From positions 186,001 to 250,000 of the forward strand of contig NIVC01000455.1 of assembly GCA_002269645.1 (NCBI GenBank): 64,000 nucleotides of DNA. The letters are read 5' to 3'. Each line of letters begins with the position of its first letter. The first letter of the stretch is position 1. This document shows positions 39,201-49,000 of this stretch, one piece after another. A program made the translations under genes and the position numbers. Origin of the DNA: Macrostomum lignano. Taxonomy: Eukaryota. The notes beneath the pieces were generated by a model. The model searched no databases, had not been told where the DNA came from, and saw nothing but the letters and a program-made list of their open reading frames with translations.

Positions 39201-41622
39201 AATGTTAGCGTGCATCCGTTCATATTAGCCAAGCCCACACCTACCGCCCACCAGATCTACGTGAAGGCCATGTTCAACTACAATCCCGACGAGGACGAGC
39301 TGCACCCGTGTCCTCAGGCCGGCATCCGCTTCCGGGTTGGCGACATCCTGCAAGTCATCAGCAAAGACGACCATCATTGGTGGCAGGTAAGATTGACCTT
39401 CTGGAAGCCCTTGACCGGCCTTGCCCTTGAGTTATGCCCTTCATCCTGGTTTGCGCATTTTTTTAATTTAATCTTGACTTATTACACTCACTTGACCCAT
39501 GTGTGACCTTTGACCCACTTGACCCATGTGACCTTTGACACACTTGACCCATGTGACCTTTACACACTTGACCCATGTGATCTTTGACACACTTGACCCA
39601 TGTGACCTTTACACACTTAACCAATGTGACCTTTGACTCACTTGACCCATGTGACCTTTGACCCACTTGACCCATGTGACCTTGACCCACTTGACCCATG
39701 TGACCTTTGACACACTTGACCCATGTGACTTTTGACTCACTTGACCCAGATGACTTTTGACACACCTGACCCACGTGACCTTTGACCCACTTGACCCATG
39801 TGATCTTTGACACACTTGACTCATGTGACCTTTGACTCACTTGACCCATGTGACCTTTGACCTACTTGACCCATGTGACCTTGACCCACTTGACCCATGT
39901 GATCTTTGACACACTTGACCCATGTGACCTTTGACTCACTTGACCCAGATGACTTTTGACACACCTGACCCACGTGACCTTTGACACACTTGACCCATGT
40001 GACCTTTGACACACTTGACCAACGTCACCTTTGACACACTTAACCCATGTGACCTTTGACACAATTGATACACTTGGCCCACGTAACCCACCGCCCCCAG
40101 GCCCGGGCCTGGAACGCCCCCAGCAACACGCCGGCCAGCATGATTCCGTCGCCCGAGCTGCAGGAATGGCGCGCCGCCTGCACCGCGATCGAACGATCAA
40201 AGAAGGACCCCGTGAACTGCGGCGCCGGCCTCTTCTCGTTTGGTCGGCGCCAGGGCGCCAAATCTGGCACTAAACAGCGCGGCGGCGCCGGCATGGCCGG
40301 CAAGCAGCAGCAGTTCGCGGCCGCGGCCTACGACCAGCTGGAGATGGTCACGTACGAGGAGGTGGTGCAGCTCACCAACTTCCGCAGGAAGACGCTGGTG
40401 CTGCTTGGCGCCCACGGCGTTGGCAGGCGACACATCAAGAACACGCTGATCCAGTCCGCGCCCGACCGCTTCGCCTACCCGATTCCGCGTGAGTCCGGCT
40501 GACCTGGCTGCCTGCTCTGGGGGCCTTTGATGTCACCGCTGAATTCGCGTCCAAGCAACCACTGGAACCCTTCCTGAGTGACCATTGGAACCCTTCCTGA
40601 GTGACCATTGGAACCCTTCCTGAGTGACCATTGGAACCCGTCCTGAGTGACCATTGGAACCCGTCCTGAGAAACCATTGGAACCCTTCCTGAGCCACCAT
40701 TGGAACCCGCCTTGAGCAACCATTGGAACCCTTCCTGAGTGACCATCGGAACCCTTCCTGAGCCACCATTGGAACCCGTCCTGAGCAACCAAAGGGGTCA
40801 CTCAGATCAGAACCTCTCTCTGACCTTTTTTAAGTGTCAGCCGTAGCTCATTGATACATATTTTACATACTACTAGTAATCAACCCGGATCAGTAGTAGA
40901 TCTCTGACACCCCACCGCAGACACGACCCGGCCTCCCGGCAAGAACGAGGTGAACGGGCGCAGTTATTATTTCGTGGGCCGCGAGGAGATGATGCGGGAC
41001 ATCACCAACAACGAGTACCTAGAGTACGGCACCCACGAGGACGCCATGTACGGCACCAAGCTGGACACCATTCGGGAGATTCATCGGCACGGCAAAGTCG
41101 CCATCCTCGACGTTGAGCCGCAGGCGTTGCGCGTCCTGCGCACCGCCGAGTTCGCGCCCTACGTGGTCTTCATCGCTGCGCCCGAGCTCAGCACCATGAG
41201 TGACGTGCACGGACTCAATGTGAGCTGCCTCTGCGTTTCTCATGTCCATATTGCCTACTTCTGCGTTTCTCATGTCCATATTGCCTACTTCTGCTGTCTA
41301 CCTCTCCCTTTGTCTGCTTCTGCTTTCTTCCTCTCCCTTTGTCTGCTTCTGCTGTCTACCTCTCACTCTGTCAACTTCCACCTGTCTACTTCTCACGGTT
41401 GCTTAGCGCTCCCCCTTTTCTATCTCCCCCCTCGAACTGCCGCAGGACGGCAGCCTGGAGCGGCTGGCCAAGGAGAGCGAGCTGCTGGAGCGGCACTACG
41501 GGCACTACTTTGACCTGAAGATCATCAATAACGACATCGAGGACACCATCGCCCAGCTGAAGCAGTGCGTGGATCTGGTGCACACCAAGCACCAGTGGGT
41601 GCCGGTTAACTGGGTTTATTGA
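7034..41622 (+). CDS. CASK: CASK / LIN-2 MAGUK (CaMK-like, 2x L27, PDZ, SH3, GUK); 17 exons, about 931 aa if one missing base is restored
   Basis: Exons translate to [55 protein letters not shown]...[38 protein letters not shown] and the terminal WVPVNWVY*. All introns are GT-AG. The summed CDS is 2795 nt, one short of a multiple of 3. Confidence 0.97.
8850..10055. repeat. Minisatellite, about 18-bp unit CAGACAGCAAGCATTCCC
   Basis: Tandem array in CASK intron 1. Confidence 0.95.
10410..10650 (-). mobile_element. Short non-autonomous Helitron-like element in CASK intron 1
   Basis: CTGCGAGAAAAATACACTAATTAGATA core is nearly identical to 4686-4712, followed by an (ACAG)n tract and a TAGTATA end. 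Confidence 0.55.
11088..11200 (+). CDS. CASK: CASK exon 2
   Basis: [37 protein letters not shown]; TTTTAG acceptor, GTGAGT donor. Confidence 0.95.
11240..11515. repeat. Minisatellite, 21-bp unit AGAATCGCCCCTCAATCCCCA
   Basis: Fills most of intron 2. Confidence 0.95.
11580..11685 (+). CDS. CASK: CASK exon 3
   Basis: [35 protein letters not shown]. Confidence 0.95.
14034..14090. repeat. (CT)n microsatellite
   Basis: Direct observation. Confidence 0.95.
14703..15075. repeat. Minisatellite, 33-bp unit CAGTACAGTTCCAATAGGTGTTCCAAGGGGTGT-like
   Basis: Tandem array in intron 3. Confidence 0.9.
15636..15713 (+). CDS. CASK: CASK exon 4
   Basis: [25 protein letters not shown]; GTAAGC donor. Confidence 0.95.
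15754..17343. repeat. Minisatellite, 24-bp unit GAATGCCTAGCAGTGTGTGACAGT
   Basis: Fills nearly all of intron 4. Confidence 0.97.
17422..17596 (+). CDS. CASK: CASK exon 5 (catalytic loop; donor phase mismatch)
   Basis: [30 protein letters not shown]...[19 protein letters not shown]; 175 nt, ends in phase 0. Confidence 0.9.
17697..19185. repeat. Minisatellite, 21-bp unit CCCATGATCTGTGATCCCTAT
   Basis: Intron 5. Confidence 0.97.
19562..20070. repeat. Minisatellite, 32-bp unit TCAGTGTCTCATCTCACCTGTCTCCCCTATTC
   Basis: Intron 5, degenerate 3' end. Confidence 0.95.
20975..21150 (+). CDS. CASK: CASK exon 6
   Basis: [43 protein letters not shown]...GRYR; needs a phase-1 intron upstream. Confidence 0.95.
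21220..21535. repeat. (AGT)n microsatellite
   Basis: Intron 6. Confidence 0.95.
21648..21960 (+). CDS. CASK: CASK exon 7
   Basis: [17 protein letters not shown]...HPW...[19 protein letters not shown]...EDDVTSA. Confidence 0.93.
22020..22226. repeat. Minisatellite, 23-bp unit GAGAATCGTCTCAAATCCACTGT
   Basis: Intron 7; resembles the 11240 unit. Confidence 0.9.
22812..23568. repeat. Minisatellite, 31-bp unit GCAGATTCTCAAGGCCTGAAATAGCGGAGAG
   Basis: Same family as 54540-55155. Confidence 0.95.
24060..25400. repeat. Paired minisatellites: 30-bp CAGATCCTCATGCTGGGACACAGACTCTCC (24060-24575) and 28-bp CCCAGATCCTCAGTTGCTGGGCCAGCCT (24880-25400)
   Basis: Each array is preceded by a copy of a 129-bp duplicated segment. 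Confidence 0.93.
25470..25588 (+). CDS. CASK: CASK exon 8 (L27-N)
   Basis: [40 protein letters not shown]. Confidence 0.93.
26058..27590. repeat. Minisatellite, about 22-24-bp unit GTGCCACACTCTGAATTCCCCCA, with sub-domains
   Basis: Intron 8. Confidence 0.95.
27720..27896 (+). CDS. CASK: CASK exon 9 (L27)
   Basis: LYDHINSR...[15 protein letters not shown]; phase 0 at both ends. Confidence 0.9.
27985..28595. repeat. Minisatellite with TTGGCGCCAAAATACCCCTTC core and higher-order blocks
   Basis: Intron 9. Confidence 0.93.
29031..29555. repeat. (CTGA)n microsatellite
   Basis: Intron 9. Confidence 0.97.
29939..30052 (+). CDS. CASK: Candidate alternative first coding exon of a short (kinase-less) CASK isoform
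   Basis: ATG...[38 protein letters not shown] followed by a phase-0 GTGAGC donor, in frame with exon 10. High GC3 like the neighbouring exons, and a GC-rich island upstream. Confidence 0.65.
30058..30270. repeat. (CTGT)n microsatellite
   Basis: Starts immediately after the candidate alternative exon donor. Confidence 0.95.
30653..31675. repeat. Minisatellite, 23-bp unit TTATGGGCGCCACACTGGTTTCC
   Basis: Intron 9. Confidence 0.95.
31761..31949 (+). CDS. CASK: CASK exon 10
   Basis: [25 protein letters not shown]...[17 protein letters not shown]. Confidence 0.95.
32394..32472 (+). CDS. CASK: CASK exon 11 (PDZ)
   Basis: [26 protein letters not shown]. Confidence 0.95.
32560..34025. repeat. Minisatellite, 16-bp unit CACGGATCCCCATCTT
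   Basis: Intron 11. Confidence 0.97.
34297..34382 (+). CDS. CASK: CASK exon 12 (PDZ)
   Basis: [29 protein letters not shown]. Confidence 0.95.
34790..35625. repeat. Minisatellite, 21-bp unit GACAGGTGAGGTAGAGAAGTA
   Basis: Intron 12. Confidence 0.97.
36225..36710. repeat. Minisatellite, 32-bp unit CATGAGCAATGTACATGCACTGTACACATTAT
   Basis: Intron 12. Confidence 0.95.
37035..37103 (+). CDS. CASK: CASK exon 13
   Basis: [23 protein letters not shown]. Confidence 0.93.
37130..38100. repeat. ATTC-based compound minisatellite (TTCACGGATGCATTCATTCAC...)
   Basis: Intron 13, higher-order structure. Confidence 0.93.
38508..38905. repeat. Minisatellite, 28-bp unit, same family as 24880-25400
   Basis: CCCAGATCCTCAGTTG(C/G)TGGGCCAGCCT. 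Confidence 0.95.
39255..39386 (+). CDS. CASK: CASK exon 14 (SH3)
   Basis: [44 protein letters not shown]. Confidence 0.95.
39487..40060. repeat. Minisatellite, 25-bp unit GACCCATGTGACCTTTGACACACTT
   Basis: Intron 14; ends about 40 nt before the acceptor. Confidence 0.95.
40101..40488 (+). CDS. CASK: CASK exon 15 (SH3 end, HOOK, GUK start)
   Basis: [10 protein letters not shown]...VTYEEVV...[21 protein letters not shown]...FAYPIP. Confidence 0.95.
40555..40790. repeat. Minisatellite, 23-bp unit CCATTGGAACCCTTCCTGAGTGA
   Basis: Intron 15. Confidence 0.93.
40921..41219 (+). CDS. CASK: CASK exon 16 (GUK)
   Basis: HTTRPP...[20 protein letters not shown]...[28 protein letters not shown]. Confidence 0.95.
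41446..41622 (+). CDS. CASK: CASK exon 17 (last)
   Basis: [35 protein letters not shown]...[11 protein letters not shown]. Confidence 0.95.
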   Translation, partial: DGSLERLAKESELLERHYGHYFDLKIINNDIEDTIAQLKQCVDLVHTKHQWVPVNWVY

Positions 41623-41959
41623 TCACTTTCTAGTTTGACTTGTTGGGAGAGCTCAAGCGGCATCAGCAGCTACAGAGTATTGTGTTCGAGTTGCCTTATC
41701 ATTGACAGTTACATTGTTTATTGCTGTCAAGCTTTTCTTGCTGGTTTCATATTTTTGGTCAACTTGTTCATTTTTTCTCAAGATTTCCCCATTTTTGCGG
41801 CCATTTATTCGAACACTTATCGGAGTGCCTGTCCGCCTGCGCTACTTGGAAGTATTCTGATACTGTAGCAGTTTTAATTGGGGTCATGTGACCCTTGCAC
41901 TCACTAATTGGGGTTGTCTTGACCCCTCATAAAGATGTACTTTGTTTGATCAGCCGTCA

Positions 41960-42250
41960 ACTATTTCGGTCACGTGATTCACCGCAAAATTTCCGGATTT
42001 TTGGGTCACGTGACCCCCTTGTTAAAATCTTTGAGGGTCACGTGACCCCCATGTTAAAATCTTTGAGGGTCACGTGACCCCTCTTGATCAAATCTTAGGC
42101 CAATGTGACCCCCTATAAAACTTTTGAGGGTCACGTGACCCCTCTTGATCAAATCTGAGGCCAATGTAAAAAGATCTGAGGGTCAAGTGACCCCTTTAGG
42201 TGATTGGGTCGCGTAGCCCCCAAGCTGTACATGTACAGGGGTCACGTGAC
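41960..42250. repeat. Cluster of palindromic GGGTCACGTGACCC repeats about 30-33 bp apart
   Basis: Perfect 14-bp palindromes, e.g. 42003-42016 and 42067-42080, plus variants. Confidence 0.85.
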
Positions 42251-42804
42251 GGTCTTGAAGAATTCCTATTTACTACACCGTTAAGCATAAACCTTTTACG
42301 CTCGTGTTTAAACTTTTATATTTCTACATAGTTATTAATATGCTATTGTGTACAATGAACAAACAAATCAATTTTAGTTGTCAATATTTGCTTATAATTG
42401 GTTTTTGTCATGTTTTCAATTATAAATTATCAGCCTGATTGATTGGCATTGTGCTCTATTAATTCTGTGTACATAGCTAGGCCTTGAGCCACTGGCTCTG
42501 CCGCTTCAAATTCTTTGTTTGGTAATTTCTTTTGTTTTTGTCTGTGTCATGTACGGCGCCTCTTATTTCATTATTAATCAGTTATATCGCTATATTGTCA
42601 TGCTGATTGATTTCGGCGCATGTTGTTAGTTATTATGAGCCTTATTTTTTATCCATGCAAATAATGCAACATTTCTGTTTGATACCTGTGTGACATTATG
42701 ATCATTGGGTAAAGAGACTTAACTTTGTCTTTGTTAGATGTGCATGCTTGCGAAGTATTTCTCGATTCAAATATTTTGTGCTCATACTCGTAGAATTTCA
42801 ATAG

Positions 42805-44172
42805 AGTGCTCATAGACTATTGGTCATAGAGTGCTAATAGACTATTGGTCGTAGAGTGCTCATAGACTATTGGTCGTAGAGTGCTCATAGACTATTGGTC
42901 GTAGAGTGCTCATATACTATTGGTCATTGAGTGCTAATAGACTATTGGTCGTAGAGTGCTAATAGACTATTGGTCGTAGAGTGCTCATAGACTATTGGTC
43001 ATAAAGTGCTCATATACTATTGGTCATAGAGTGCTAATAGACTATTGGTCGTAGAGTGCTCATAGACTATTGGTCGTAGAGTGCTCATAGACTATTCGTC
43101 ATAGAGTGCTCATAGACTATTGGTCATAGAGTGCTCATAGACTATTGGTCATAGAGTGATAATAGACTATTGTTCATAGAGTGCTAATAGACTATTGGTC
43201 GTAGAGTGCTCATAGACTATTGGTCATAGAGTGCTCATATACTATTGGTCATAGAGTGCTAATAGACTATTGGTCGTAGAGTGCTCATGGAGTATTGGTC
43301 ATAGAGTGCTCATAGACTATTCGTCATAGAGTGCTCATAGACTATTGGTCATAGAGTGCTCATAGACTATTGGTCGTAGAGTGCTCATAGACTATTCGTC
43401 ATAGAGTGCTCATAGACTATTGGTCATAGAGTGCTCATAGACTATTGGTCATAGAGTGATAATAGACTATTGTTTAGAGTGCTCATACGAAATAGACTAT
43501 TGGTCAGAGTGCTCATAGACTATTGGTCAGAGTGCTCATAGACTATTGGTCAGAGTGCTCATAGACTATTGGTCAGAGTGCTCATAGACTATTGGTCATA
43601 GTGCTCATAGACTATTGGTCAGAGTGCTCATAGACTATTGGTCATAGAGTGCTCATAGACTATTGGTCATAGAGTGATAATAGACTATTGTTCATAGAGT
43701 GCTAATAGACTATTGGTCGTAGAGTGCTCATAGACTATTGGTCATAGAGTGCTCATATACTATTGGTCATAGAGTGCTAATAGACTATTGGTCGTAGAGT
43801 GCTCATGGACTATTGGTCATAGAGTGCTCATAGACTATTCGTCATAGAGTGCTCATAGACTATTGGTCATAGAGTGCTCATAGACTATTGGTCGTAGAGT
43901 GCTCATAGACTATTCGTCATAGAGTGCTCATAGACTATTGGTCATAGAGTGCTCATAGACTATTGGTCATAGAGTGATAATAGACTATTGTTTAGAGTGC
44001 TCATACGAAATAGACTATTGGTCAGAGTGCTCATAGACTATTGGTCATAGAATGATAATAGACTATTGTTTAGAGTGCTCATACGAAATAGACTATTGGT
44101 CAGAGTGCTCATAGACTATTGGTCAGAGTGCTCATAGACTATTGGTCAGAGTGCTCATAGACTATTGGTCAT
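42805..44172 (+). repeat. Minisatellite, 25-bp unit ATAGACTATTGGTCATAGAGTGCTC (23-bp variants)
   Basis: Intergenic; inverted relative of 47158-48140. Confidence 0.97.
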
Positions 44173-44924
44173 ATAGTTTGCCAGTTATAGAGCATGAATA
44201 ACTTATATTTCAAATCAATAAAATTCTGTCTAATGAATTGCAGAAGGCAGGCCAATTTTCACTTATCGAGCTTCAGCACTATGCAATGCGGCAGTCGCTA
44301 CTGTTAGTAATATCTGCTCGCTGATGGCTCCCTTCCATTTCTGTCGATATTTCGTCTATTAACTTATTGTTTACGCGTAGCTATAAGCATTAATTTTTGG
44401 CAGAAATATTTAAATACATATTTATAACTGCGCAACCATCCTGCGATTGCAAATGGCTGATTTTAAACTATTTAGCTTTATGTGACTCGCCTCTGCTTAT
44501 TTGGGCTGTCAGTGCTGCCCCAAACCACAGGCCTTGAAAGCCTTTCAATGCCTCTCAATATGTGCATAATTGCCGTCTCAGGAAGTTCATTTTCCTATTC
44601 AACATAAATCGGGTGACCGACCCTCTAAGCTGCTGTCTCGCTGACGAAACGAGCCTTTAAAGGGTTTCCGAGAAACAATTGACAAAGAAGAGAAATGCTG
44701 AATACTGTATTATTTTCATACTGAACTTTTCTGTTTATTTAATCCTCAGCAGATTATCGATAATAATGTAGTGGATGTTTAAAGCATTAATAATAATTAA
44801 TTATCAAGTAATTTGACGCTTGAACCGCAGTTTGTGGGAATTTTACACGCGCAGATTGGGTTGAGGTGCTTTGTGGAATTTCAGGAAGGACTTTTGGCTG
44901 CTGCTAGATCAGTTATAGAGCCCT

Positions 44925-45295
44925 AATTAAGTTAGTTATAGTGCCTTAGGTCAATTAAGGTGCCCTAATTAGGTCAGTTATATTGGCCTAATTAGGTCAG
45001 TTACAGTGCCCTAATTAGGTCAGTTATATTGGCCTAATTAGGTCAGTTATAGTGCCCTAATTAGGTCAGTTTTATTGCCCTAATTAGGTCAGTTACAGTG
45101 CCCTAATTAGGTCAGTTTTATTGCCCTAATTAGGTCAGTTATAGTGCCCTAATTAGGTCAGTTTTATTGCCCTAATTAGGTCAGTATATATTGGCCTAAT
45201 TAGGTCAGTTATAGTGCCCTACTTAGGTCAGTTTTATTGCCCTAATTAGGTCAGTTATATTTCCCTAATTAGGTAAGTTACAGTGCCCTAATTAG
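44925..45295. repeat. Minisatellite, 23-bp unit CCCTAATTAGGTCAGTTATAGTG
   Basis: About 13 perfect CCTAATTAGG palindromes. Confidence 0.95.
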
Positions 45296-45960
45296 ATATG
45301 GAGCCCCTATAGAAGCATGTATGTAAGGAACAAGATCCAGCAGACAGAAGGTACTGTAAGTGAGGCAGTTGAAGCGCAGCTGATATAATATTATTAAAAG
45401 TACAGACTGACAAGAAAACGCGTGGGTTGATCAGCTGGAATAGCGGAACATTTTCAAGCATTTCTGCTTTTTATGAATTCGTGCGGCAAAGTAAAAATTG
45501 CAATTTAATAAACTATTCACACCCACTGGCGTTCACATTGCTGAGATTTTCTACTAAAAGTAGTACGGTTAAGAAAAGGCATTGCAACAATGCTATTACA
45601 TGACCAACAGGGCGGGGCTACCAAACAAACATTTCAATGGCAATTTTTTGTTTAAGTAAACTGTTTCTAACAAAATAAGCATAAAATGAAAAAGCATTCA
45701 CAACCGAACACGGAAAGGTTTTTATCGAACATTCAACTCGGACTTTGATTGGGTGCTTTTCCAGGATTTGCACCTGAAAACACATTATAATCTCAAATAC
45801 TTTTAATCTACCATCAAGGAGTTTAATCAGCTGAATTTCAAATATGGTTTGCCTTGGATATTTTGTGTTGCACAAGCAGTTGAAGATACTTTTTGCGGTG
45901 AGTTGCAATGGATAAAAAATTTTCAGAGTCTGCGTGACGTGCAGGGTTCGATTCTGCGGC

Positions 45961-46043
45961 TCAGCAGAAGGCAGCAGCAGTCAGCAGAGACAGCGTCGTC
46001 AGAGACAGCAGGACTGCCGAGACTCCGGTGGTGCCGGCGGAAT
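45961..46043 (-). CDS. IgSF last exon, GPI-signal-like
   Basis: DSAGTTGVSAVLLSLTTLSLLTAAAFC-TGA: small residues then a hydrophobic tail, with no cytoplasmic domain. Confidence 0.8.
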
Positions 46044-49000
46044 CTGCAGCGGCAAGTCGAGGTGATGAAGCAAATACCATTGATTGGTGGGACGAGATCC
46101 CTTGGCTGGCTTTCGCACGATTTCAAAAGAATGTTTTCCAGGAAACAACTTAACCGTCCTTGAATGAGCGCTAGCATTCTCATTCAACAGCTGACCCACA
46201 TCCCCACGCTCACACAGTGTACAGTGCAATTTTTGTTGCATGAAGGAAACACTCAAAGAGCGAGCCTAGGGCTGCTTACGCGGCCGTTGGTGCCAGACGT
46301 GCACTGAAGGAACAAAGAGAAACCCTACTCCGGAGGGGTATTATTTTTAGCATTAAAAAAACTGAACCGCATCATCGATCCATATTTCGCATATTTTGAG
46401 CCCCCAGTCATTTTTAACCTCGACCGCTAAGTTAGTTTGGGTGGCCCTGAAAGGGCCGTTTTACTTTCCAGTCAGTTCTTCATGCACAACAGCCAGCATC
46501 CCCAAAGCTTATGACGTCATCGCCGCTGATTCAGACAAGCTCCAAAAACCTGTGAAAACTCACTTCCAGGATCTACGAAGGCCTTCACCGGATTCGCCGG
46601 GTCATTGTAGGTCTGGTCTGAAAACAAGACGGAGTTCAACTTAACTTATAAGGCGCACTGAGATCTGAACATGCCATGCCATGACGTCACAGATTACGCG
46701 CGCGACAACTCACCGCTCTTCTTCGGGGTTCGAACCCGGACCGGCTCGGAGAACTCGCTGCAGCCGTGCCGGTTGCAGGAGCTCAGCCGGATTTCGTGCT
46801 CGGTGTCCGGGCGCAGGCTGTAGAGTGTCCGGCTGCTCTGCCGCTTCTCGGAGCTGTCGGCGCTGCCGCGGCCGCCGCTGACGATCCCGCCGCCGCCGCC
46901 GCCGCCTCTATCGGTCAGCCGAGCGCCGACGAGCGCCGCCGTGGCGCCATTTGGGGGCTGCGCCGCTGAAGCTGAAGCGGCAAATTCCTCGTGCGTGGTT
47001 GTAAAATTCTGCGGATTGGTGGGAGAAATTCTCTAATTTAGGATTAATTGGCTAACTGAACTACTGACAGTAAAACGTACCAAAATATCTTACTGATTTC
47101 TTGTATCTTACTTTCAATGAACTTCAGTACAATTTTAAGGACTCTTAGGGGACTGGGCACTGCATGACCAATAGTCTATGGACACTGCATGATCAATAGT
47201 CTATGGACACTGCATGACCAATAGTCTATGGACACTGCATGATCAATAGTCTATGGACACTGCATGATCAATAGTCTATGGACACTGCATGATCAATAGT
47301 CTATGGACACTGCATGACCAATAGTCTATGGACACTGCATGATCAATAGTCTATGGACACTGCATGATCAATAGTCTATGGACACTGCATGATCAATAGT
47401 CTATGGACACTGCATGATCAATAGTCTATGGTCACTGCATGACCAATAGTCTATGGACACTGCATGACCAATAGTCTATGGACACTGCATGACCAATAGT
47501 CTATGGACACTGCATGATCAATAGTCTATGGACACTGCATGACCAATAGTCTATGGTCACTGCATGACCAATAGTCTATGGACACTGCATGACCAATAGT
47601 CTATGGACACTGCATGATCAATAGTCTATTGTCACTGCATTACGAATAGTCTATGGACACTGCATGATCAATAGTCTATGGTCACTGCATGACCAATAGT
47701 CTATGGTCACTGCATGACCAATAGTCTATGGACACTGCATGACCAATAGTCTATGGACACTGCATGATCAATAGTCTATGGTCACTGCATGACCAATAGT
47801 CTATGGACACTGCATGACCAATAGTCTATGGACACTGCATGACCAATAGTCTATGGACACTGCATGATCAATAGTCTATGGACACTGCATGACCAATAGT
47901 CTATGGTCACTGCATGACCAATAGTCTATGGACACTGCATGACCAATAGTCTATGGACACTGCATGACCAATAGTCTATGGACACTGCATGACCAATAGT
48001 CTATGGACACTGCATGACCAATAGTCTATGGACACTGCATGACCAATAGTCTATGGTCACTGCATGACCAATAGTCTATGGACACTGCATGACTAATAGT
48101 CTATGGACACTGCATGACCAATAGTCTATGTCACTGCATGACTAATGATTCCAGTGACGTCATCGTAAAAAATGGCGTCACTAGCCCGGCGCAAGCGAGC
48201 TCGAACTCACGCTGTCGTCGCCCGTCCTGAAAACGATCTGCACCCTGTAGAAGTCCACGTAGGCCTTGGCGTCGTGTTGCCAGCGCAGCTGGTAGCTGTT
48301 GTAGAACCTGGTGTCACCATCGCTCACAATCTCCGGCTGGGGCGCCAGGGCGGTCAGCAAAATTCGGAGCTCCGCCCGGCCGAGCTCGTTTTCCGAGTGG
48401 CAGGTCAGCCGAGTCTGGTTGCCGGGCAGGCTGTTGGAGAGCCTGGGTTTCGGGTTGGAATGTGTTGGGATCCTGAATGACAGTGACTCCCCACTCCTGA
48501 AGGACAGTGACTCCCCATCCTAAAGGACAGTGACGCCCCCTGAAGGAAAGCGACGCCCCCTGAAAGATAGCGACGCCCCCTGAAGGATAGCGACGCCCCC
48601 CTGAAGGATAGCGACGCCCCCTAAAGGATAAAGGATAGCGACGCCCCCTGAAGGATAGCGACGCCCCCTGAAGGATAGCGACGCCCCCCTGAAGGATAGC
48701 GACGCCCCCTAAAGGATAGCGACGCCCCCTGAAGGATAGCGACGCCCCCTGAAGGATAGCGACGCCCCCTGAAGGATAGCGACGCCCCCTGAAGGATAGC
48801 GACGCCCCCTGAGGGATAGCGACGCCCCCTGAAGTATAGTGATTGCCCCCTGAAGGATAGCGATTGCCCCCTGAAGGATAGCGACGCCCCCTGAAGGATA
48901 GCGACGCCCCTTGAAGTATAGCGACGCCCCTTGAAGTATAGTGATTGCCCCCTGAAGGATAGCGACGCCCCCTGAAGGATAGCGACGCCCCTTGAAGTAT

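Noticed and set aside
41960-42250. CRISPR-like appearance (palindromic repeats with short spacers)
   Set aside because: The spacers are related to each other, the context is a eukaryotic spliced gene, and there are no cas genes.
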